Part shown: in pieces, positions 27,095 to 32,189 of the stretch
How positions within the stretch are numbered: the stretch's first letter is position 1
Layout of the letters: every line of letters begins with the position of its first letter
Translations under genes and position numbers: made by a program
Source: an uncultured bacterium
GTDB taxonomy: Bacteria; Margulisbacteria; CAYMKA01
Length of the DNA stretch: 32,189 bases
Reading direction: 5' to 3'
NCBI GenBank assembly: GCA_964390935.1
Contig: CAYMKA010000002.1
Coordinates: 1-32,189, forward strand
Notes under the pieces: generated by a model
What the model was told of the DNA's origin: nothing
What the model saw: only the letters and a program-made list of their open reading frames with translations
The model's database searches: none

Positions 27095-27148
27095 TGTCTA
27101 ATTCATAGACAGTCCAAAATTTATTTTGTTTAGTTTTTAGACAGTCTA
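27095..27148. promoter_or_regulatory. Paired palindromic motif (candidate operator) upstream of the hsp20 gene
   Basis: TGTCTA-N5-TAGACA (27095-27111) and the perfect palindrome TAGACAGTCTA (27138-27148). The 9-mer TAGACAGTC occurs twice (27106-27114 and 27138-27146), 32 bp apart. It does not match CIRCE or HAIR. Confidence 0.3.
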
Positions 27149-27237
27149 CGCCACTCCCTTCTATCTATTTGTTGACGGTTTCCGGCATTAAAAATGAACT
27201 TTCCTAACCGTTCTATAAAATTTAAAAGGAGGAGAAT

Positions 27238-27660
27238 ATGTTACCAGCACTTGTCAGATCAAATTTTGGAAATCTATTTAATTGGGAGGATGACGTTAAT
27301 AAGCTTCTTGATATCCAGTCGGGATGGGCTGTTAATTTTCCCAAACTTGATATCCATGAAGACAAAGATAATTATTACGTTGAAGCTGATTTAGCAGGTC
27401 TTGATAAAAAAGATGTCTCATTAAAATTCAAAGACGGCATTCTCACCATTAGCGGAGAACGCAAAAATGAAAAGGAAGTCAAAAGAGAAGACTACTATCG
27501 CCGCGAACGTTCTTTTGGAAAGTTTGAAAGAAGTGTTTCGTTGCCCAGCGACGTCAATGGTTCTGCCATTAAAGCTGACTTCAAAAACGGTGTTTTAGAA
27601 ATAAAACTACCTAAGCTCGAAGAAAAAAAAGAAAAAGAAATTACGATTAACGTCGCTTAA
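27238..27660 (+). CDS. Small heat-shock protein, Hsp20/alpha-crystallin family
   Basis: Alpha-crystallin domain (DIHEDKDNYYVEADLAGLDKKDVSLKFKDGILTISGER...FERSVSLP...NGVLEIKLPK). A strong SD, GGAGGAG, lies 3 nt upstream of the ATG. Confidence 0.92.
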   Translation: MLPALVRSNFGNLFNWEDDVNKLLDIQSGWAVNFPKLDIHEDKDNYYVEADLAGLDKKDVSLKFKDGILTISGERKNEKEVKREDYYRRERSFGKFERSVSLPSDVNGSAIKADFKNGVLEIKLPKLEEKKEKEITINVA

Positions 27661-29498
27661 GCCGTTACTTTAGATTTTCGTTTTCGTAAATTAGGGTCGA
27701 GCTCTGCCTTCCTCAGTCGAATAGACTCGGGAGTCACCTCGACCAATTCGTCATCGCCGATAAATTCAATCGCACGCTCTAAAGTCATTTTCATGGGAGT
27801 GGTTAAGACAACCGCTTCTTCTGCCCCTTTGTTACGAACGTTAGTTAATTTCTTTTCTTTGCAAGGATTGACTTCCATGTCGGCATCATCTTTTGCGGCA
27901 CGACCAATAATCATTCCGGCATAGCATTCCACACCAGAACCTAAAATCAATTGTCCGCGTTCTTGTAAGTTAAACAAAGCAAACGCTACGGTTTTGCCTG
28001 TTTCAGTAGAAACCATCACTGCAGTATTGCGAACTTCAATTTCACCTTTAAAAGGTTCATAGCCGTCGAACAAAGTGTTCATCGTTCCCGTTCCGCGAGT
28101 ATCGGTTAAAAATTCATTGCGGTAACCAATCAGCCCACGCGAAGGAACTTTGAATTCTAAATGAGTTCCGCTCGTGGTGGTTTCCATATTGGTCATTTCG
28201 CCTTTTCGTAAGCCCATTTTTTCAATCACCACACCAGAATATTCTTCATCCACATCAATCATGACCATTTCGATTGGCTCCATTTTTTGACCATTCTCCA
28301 TTTTAAAAATTACTTCTGGTTTTGAAACAGCCAGTTCATAACCTTCACGGCGCATACTTTCAATTAAAACAGTGAGATGCAATTCACCACGTCCTGAAAC
28401 TTTAAATTTATCTGCGGCACTGGTGTCTTCGACACGCAGCGAAACATTGCTTTTTAATTCTCGGTATAAACGGTCGCGCAAATGACGACTGGTAACAAAC
28501 TTGCCTTCCTTACCAGCGAACGGAGAATTGTTCACCATAAAAAACATCGAAACAGTCGGCTCATCAATAGCTACTGTTGGAATGAGTTGAGGATTTTCAG
28601 TCACGCCCGAAACGGTATCGCCAATTTCCACTTCATCCAGACCAGCCAACGAAATAATATCGCCTGTTCCGGCAGATTCAATTTCAGTTTGTTTTAAGCC
28701 CAGAAAAGTAAAAAGTTTAGTAATACGCGCTTGTTTATGGGCACCATTACTTTTTAATAACATCACCGAGTCGCCTACTTTGATTTGGCCATTAAAAATT
28801 TTTCCAATCACCAGACGGCCCACATAATCGTTGTAATCGAGAGTCGTCGCTAAAAATTGAAAGGTTTGGTTAATATCTCCTTTGGGAGAAGGGATATGTT
28901 TCACCATCGTGTTAAACAAAGGACGCATATCGGTATTTGGCTCGGTCAATTCTAATTTGGCATAGCCCTCTTTAGCAGATGCATACACCACTGGAAAATC
29001 GAGCTGATTGTCATTAGCGTGGAGCGCAACGAACAAATCAAAAACTTTATCTAACACCCAGCTCGGACGAGCATTGGGTCTGTCGATTTTATTGATACAA
29101 ACTATGGCTTTGTGCCCTAAAGACAAAGCCTTACGAAGTACGAATTTTGTTTGAGGCATTGGACCATCAACCGCATCCACGACAAGCACTACACCGTCAA
29201 CCATTTGAAGGACACGCTCTACTTCTCCGCCAAAGTCAGCGTGACCTGGAGTGTCTACAATATTAATTTTATAATCAATGTTTTCGTTTCGATAATGGAT
29301 CGCGGTGTTCTTAGCACGAATCGTGATTCCGCGTTCACGTTCTTGATCCATCGAGTCCATCATGCGTTCAGAAGTTTTTTCATTAGAACGAAACGTGCCA
29401 CTTTGTTTTAAAAGTTCATCAACCAGAGTGGTCTTTCCATGATCAACGTGGGCAATAATTGCCAGATTTCTAATTTTATCGCTCGTAACTTGTTCCAT
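27657..29498 (-). CDS. typA: Translational GTPase TypA/BipA
   Basis: IRNLAIIAHVDHGKTTLVD, DTPGHADFGGEV and NKID G-motifs, with 613-aa EF-G-like domain order. An AAGGAG SD lies upstream. Confidence 0.95.
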   Translation of the reverse strand: MEQVTSDKIRNLAIIAHVDHGKTTLVDELLKQSGTFRSNEKTSERMMDSMDQERERGITIRAKNTAIHYRNENIDYKINIVDTPGHADFGGEVERVLQMVDGVVLVVDAVDGPMPQTKFVLRKALSLGHKAIVCINKIDRPNARPSWVLDKVFDLFVALHANDNQLDFPVVYASAKEGYAKLELTEPNTDMRPLFNTMVKHIPSPKGDINQTFQFLATTLDYNDYVGRLVIGKIFNGQIKVGDSVMLLKSNGAHKQARITKLFTFLGLKQTEIESAGTGDIISLAGLDEVEIGDTVSGVTENPQLIPTVAIDEPTVSMFFMVNNSPFAGKEGKFVTSRHLRDRLYRELKSNVSLRVEDTSAADKFKVSGRGELHLTVLIESMRREGYELAVSKPEVIFKMENGQKMEPIEMVMIDVDEEYSGVVIEKMGLRKGEMTNMETTTSGTHLEFKVPSRGLIGYRNEFLTDTRGTGTMNTLFDGYEPFKGEIEVRNTAVMVSTETGKTVAFALFNLQERGQLILGSGVECYAGMIIGRAAKDDADMEVNPCKEKKLTNVRNKGAEEAVVLTTPMKMTLERAIEFIGDDELVEVTPESIRLRKAELDPNLRKRKSKVTA

Positions 29499-29585
29499 TA
29501 AATTGACTCCTTAAAATGATATTCCAAAAGGGGTCAATTATACCTGTAAGTGATTCTCTGAGCTATGGGCTGAACGCTATTTAGC

Positions 29586-29864
29586 TTACTGATTCCAGAA
29601 TTCCACGCCAATTTGGATATCGTTTTGGGGAATGTCATAAGGGGCTAAAACCATATAAATCGGCAGACGGTATTCTGCGAAAAAACGCATCCAATTAGCA
29701 TTTTGACCTTTGGGATCAAAGGCAAATTTGTAATGAAAGCCTAGGATGTTTACCCAGGTATTTTGAAAATAATATACCCCTCTTAAATTTTTAAATGTTT
29801 CAAAGCCATAATAAATCGACAAATCTGTTTGACCTGGTTTATTTTCATTAAAATTAAAACCCAT
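29586..29864 (-). pseudogene. C-terminal fragment of a split outer-membrane-type protein gene
   Basis: The 92-aa ORF starts MGFNFNENKP inside copy 1 of the 80-bp duplication. That peptide also ends the correct-frame part of the upstream fragment. The remainder is Tyr/Phe/Trp-rich and beta-strand-like, ending GVEFWNQ. Confidence 0.75.
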
Positions 29865-29995
29865 TTTCCCAGTCGATAAAATTAACCAGTCATCATAGTT
29901 GGTCGCTCTAAAATAGGTTTATTTTCATTAAAATTAAAACCCATTTTCCCAGTCGATAAAATTAACCAGTCATCATAGTTGGTCGCTCTAAAATC
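29836..29995. repeat. Perfect 2 x 80-bp tandem direct duplication (79/80 identical)
   Basis: 29836-29915 and 29916-29995 are identical base for base except the last position (A at 29915, C at 29995). GGTTT occurs at the start of each copy and immediately after copy 2 (29996-30000), giving 5-bp microhomology. Confidence 0.95.
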
Positions 29996-30757
29996 GGTTT
30001 GACGATGATCCATTCGAAAATACCAGTCTTGCCATAAGTTTTTTTGTTTTAATTCTTTGTAAAAACGAAAACCATAAACCGTGTCGTCATTGGGACCAGT
30101 CTTAGGAAAAGGCGCATAAGGCACAATCAAAGGATCAGGTCCTTTATCATTCAGAACACTGTACGTAGCCTGATAAACATACAATTCAAAATCGTCGATC
30201 AAAGATAACAAGCCGTCTTTAAAAGCATTGTTGCCCCGAAAAGGTTTGGTACGCAAACCAAGAGCAGGGGCGACATGGTTAAAATATTCTTCTTGATCGC
30301 CGCCATATAAAATTTCGCCACCCAAATAAGGCTCTAAAGTTAAGCTGTCACCCAAATAAAATCGATAGCCCAAACGGGGCTCTAGCCTTAAAGAAAATTT
30401 GTTATAACCTTTCGACTGACGAGGCTGCAACTTGGTGGTTGCATAATCTAATCGGCCGTAGCCAGGCTCAAAATAAAAACCATTGCGATTTAAATTTCCT
30501 TGAGGAGTCTGTGTCACCACTTCTTTTGTTGGCAGTGGTTTAAGGGGTTGAGTCTGAATTAAAGGCACGGATTTTGCGCCAGGATTAATCGACTGCTGTT
30601 CCATGTATTTTTTAAGAGGGATGACTTTGATGTTTTGATTTGCTGAAACTAACTTATTGCTTTTAATTAAATTAAGATCATCATAACCAGCCAAAACAAT
30701 TGAAAAATTAAAAAGCGAAAAACAAATAAGTGCCGCCCCAAAAATTTTTATTTGCAC
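29882..30757 (-). pseudogene. N-terminal fragment of the same split gene (signal peptide plus beta-rich body)
   Basis: Signal peptide MQIKIFGAALICFSLFNFSIVLA. The frame is correct through ...STGKMGFNFNENKP, then reads 10 junk codons (ILERPTMMTG) to a stop after crossing the duplication junction. Confidence 0.75.
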
Positions 30758-30801
30758 CGACCGATTATAACGTTAGGTCTTTTTCTTAAAAGGCCTCCAT
30801 T

Positions 30802-30840
30802 TGGCTTATAACTTGCGTAAAAGAGCTTCTCTGTTATACT
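30802..30840 (+). promoter_or_regulatory. Candidate promoter(s) of the histone-like gene
   Basis: Sigma-70-like TTGCGT-N16-TATACT (30813-30818 / 30835-30840). An overlapping sigma-54-like TGGCTTataacTTGCG (30802-30817) has GG-N10-GC spacing. I cannot tell which, if either, is used. Confidence 0.3.
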
Positions 30841-30869
30841 GCGCTATCTTATTTAAGAAAGGAGCTCTC

Positions 30870-31061
30870 ATGGCAAAAAAAGGCGGAAAAGAAGTTTTAG
30901 TAGTGACTTCAAAAGTAAAAGCGTTCAACAAAAGCAAAAAGTTTTTGACTTCAGCTGATTCAATTCAAGCTTTAAACGAAAAAATTTATACTCTTTTGGA
31001 AAATGCTCATACTCGTACAAAAGCAAATAAACGTTCTACTATTAAGCCTCAAGATTTCTAA
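30870..31061 (+). CDS. Bacterial histone-fold DNA-binding protein (HBb/Bd0055-like), 63 aa
   Basis: MAKKGGKEVLVVTSKVKAFNKSKKFLTSADSIQALNEKIYTLLENAHTRTKANKRSTIKPQDF is basic, with a short helix, a loop and a long helix. KRSTIKPQD corresponds to the GRKTIKAED motif of archaeal HMf histones. An AAGGAG SD lies 5 nt before the ATG at 30870, and an intrinsic terminator follows. The TTG at 30801 is an ORF-caller extension. Confidence 0.7.
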   Translation: MAKKGGKEVLVVTSKVKAFNKSKKFLTSADSIQALNEKIYTLLENAHTRTKANKRSTIKPQDF

Positions 31062-31086
31062 TAATCTTTTGATTTAGTATTAGAAG

Positions 31087-31121
31087 CCCCGTTAGATTTA
31101 AAAATTTAACGGGGTTTTTTT
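31087..31121 (+). terminator. Rho-independent terminator of the histone-like gene
   Basis: CCCCGTTAgattt / aaatTTAACGGGG inverted repeat (31087-31114) followed by T7 (31115-21), beginning 26 nt after the stop codon. Confidence 0.8.
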
Positions 31122-31138
31122 ATTTTAGAAGAAATTAA

Positions 31139-31891
31139 TTAAGATTCGTAATCAATACGCGCAGGCAATACAAAAAGTTTATTAATCCCGATGTAATAAA
31201 AAATAAACCACAGCGCCATCCACATTAAACTTAGATAATAAACTGAAACAGTTCTTAAATTAGCCCAAATTTCAGGAACATCTGTAAAAATAATCATCAG
31301 GCCCACAATTCCTAAAATGAGAAAACCCTTAAAACGTTCGGTCTTTCGGTAAGCGGGGGAGCTGGTGAATACTCTGGAGAAAAAAACAATAGAGAAGAAG
31401 CCAAAAATGACCAGCCAGATAAACCCCTGAATCGTTAACATCACATCTCGGCCAAAGGCATTGATTTGAGGATCTAAAATCAAATCAGTTTCAAAAGCCA
31501 GATTCCAGGAACCAAATTCATAAAATGAGCAAAAAATAGCAATAATGACCCCCATGCTGTTAATAAAGTATCGGCGCTGAGCCAAATCAACTTTTAAATA
31601 AGTGGCTAAAAACATCGTGATAAAAAAAACAAAACAAATGCTTGAGAACTGCCAGCCCATTTTAAAAATCATGCCTGAAATCATGGCATGTCCCGATAAG
31701 AAAAAGTAAATTTGCCCCAGCAGAAAAAATAAAGGTTTAGTGGTAATGGCCATTAAAGCCAGAGTTGCCCAAAACAATTCTTTTTTGTTTTTATTTATAA
31801 AATATTTGCCGAGCAATATCCCTGACAAAATGCCGCCAATAATTAAAACCACCAGTTCGGCAAAAATGACAAAAAGCATTTCAACGGTCAT
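31139..31891 (-). CDS. Polytopic integral membrane protein of unknown function (250 aa)
   Basis: About 7-8 hydrophobic helices. It starts 5 nt downstream of the GT2 gene stop, so it is probably co-transcribed. I recognise no family motif. Confidence 0.55.
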   Translation of the reverse strand: MTVEMLFVIFAELVVLIIGGILSGILLGKYFINKNKKELFWATLALMAITTKPLFFLLGQIYFFLSGHAMISGMIFKMGWQFSSICFVFFITMFLATYLKVDLAQRRYFINSMGVIIAIFCSFYEFGSWNLAFETDLILDPQINAFGRDVMLTIQGFIWLVIFGFFSIVFFSRVFTSSPAYRKTERFKGFLILGIVGLMIIFTDVPEIWANLRTVSVYYLSLMWMALWFIFYYIGINKLFVLPARIDYES

Positions 31892-31896
31892 GTTTT

Positions 31897-32189
31897 TTAC
31901 CTAAAGGGTTTGAAGTCAGCACTGGAATGGCCGCGAAAATACATATTGAGATAGTTTTTAAGATGATGCCAAAAAAACTTAGCGACTCCCATGCCCAGGA
32001 CACGCCTTGCAGAGGTAAAGACAACCAGTCTTGAATCATAAAGAATTTTGCCTTGAGAACGAATACGTAACCCCAAATCAACATCTTCAGCAGTAACAAG
32101 TTCAGTGCGGTATCCCCCGATCGCTTTATAAGCAGATTGGCGTACTGCAAAATTCATGCCTGATAAATGTGGTTGTCCTGATAAATGAT
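31897..32189 (-). CDS. Family-2 glycosyltransferase, C-terminal part; the 5' end lies outside the window
   Basis: The frame is open to the window edge (..HLSGQPHLSGMNFAVRQSAYKAIGGYRTELVTAEDVDLGLRIRSQGKILY). G.N.A.RR......GG......EDxDL..R is the typical GT2 C-terminal half. The ATG at 32157 is internal. Confidence 0.75.
   Translation of the reverse strand, partial: HLSGQPHLSGMNFAVRQSAYKAIGGYRTELVTAEDVDLGLRIRSQGKILYDSRLVVFTSARRVLGMGVAKFFWHHLKNYLNMYFRGHSSADFKPFR

Noticed and set aside
27172-27200. TTGACG as the -35 of an hsp20 promoter
   Set aside because: The only -10 candidates are at poor spacing (TAAAAA at 11 nt) or are a poor match (TGAACT at 17 nt, 3/6). No sigma-32-like CCCCAT element is visible, so this is not reported as a feature.
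30801-30869. Upstream TTG extension of the histone-like ORF (86-aa version)
   Set aside because: The extension would translate through the gene's own SD (AAGGAG at 30859-30864). The ATG at 30870 has ideal SD spacing, and the homologous part starts there.
31881-32150. 89-aa minus-strand ORF overlapping the GT2 gene in a different frame
   Set aside because: The GT2 frame carries the EDxDL / GGY family motifs and stays open to the window edge, so this overlapping frame is spurious.
32159-32187. 18-bp-period near-repeat CCTGATAAATG ... CCTGATAAATG at the window edge (encodes HLSGQP-HLSG)
   Set aside because: It is short, in-frame and cut by the window end. I cannot tell whether it belongs to a longer repeat, so it is probably a trivial in-gene duplication.
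1-32189. Search for CRISPR arrays, tRNA/rRNA genes, IS elements, integrases or prophage genes
   Set aside because: No spaced direct-repeat arrays were seen, and no intergenic region is long enough (maximum about 274 bp) or structured like a tRNA or rRNA. No ORF has transposase, integrase or recombinase motifs. The only significant repeat is the 80-bp tandem duplication.

Overview
Compact, low-GC, almost fully coding bacterial chromosomal segment with about 35 genes. I saw no rRNA, tRNA, CRISPR array, transposase or integrase. The core is housekeeping: the 3' end of korB plus a 2Fe-2S ferredoxin, trxB, nrdAB behind a promoter with NrdR boxes, glpK, a Nfu-type Fe-S protein, comM/yifB, trmB, an M23 peptidase, rpoN, tsaD, an Hsp20 gene and typA. 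A 63-aa histone-fold gene resembling my recollection of Bdellovibrio Bd0055/HBb hints at a Bdellovibrionota-like lineage; this is inference only. Notable observations: (1) an exact 80-bp tandem duplication frameshifts and splits an outer-membrane-type gene (29586-30757). (2) A receiver-domain N-terminal half abuts a ketoacyl-ACP-synthase C-terminal fragment at a 1-nt frame offset (4919-5394), which looks like a deletion scar. It is flanked by two sigma-54-type -24/-12 motifs, and rpoN lies in the same window. (3) The bacterial histone-like gene has its own Shine-Dalgarno (SD) ribosome-binding site and terminator. (4) A tightly coupled minus-strand operon encodes two ArnT/GT39-like glycosyltransferases, a NodB-type deacetylase, a monoacylglycerol-lipase-like hydrolase and GlpK. 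(5) An AT-rich insert between tsaD and a transporter carries an unknown 162-aa ORF and a divergent RNase III-domain protein. (6) Convergent genes repeatedly overlap at their stop codons, with no terminators between them. No clearly novel multi-gene system could be demonstrated from sequence alone. All function calls rest on by-eye motif recognition and need database or structure searches.
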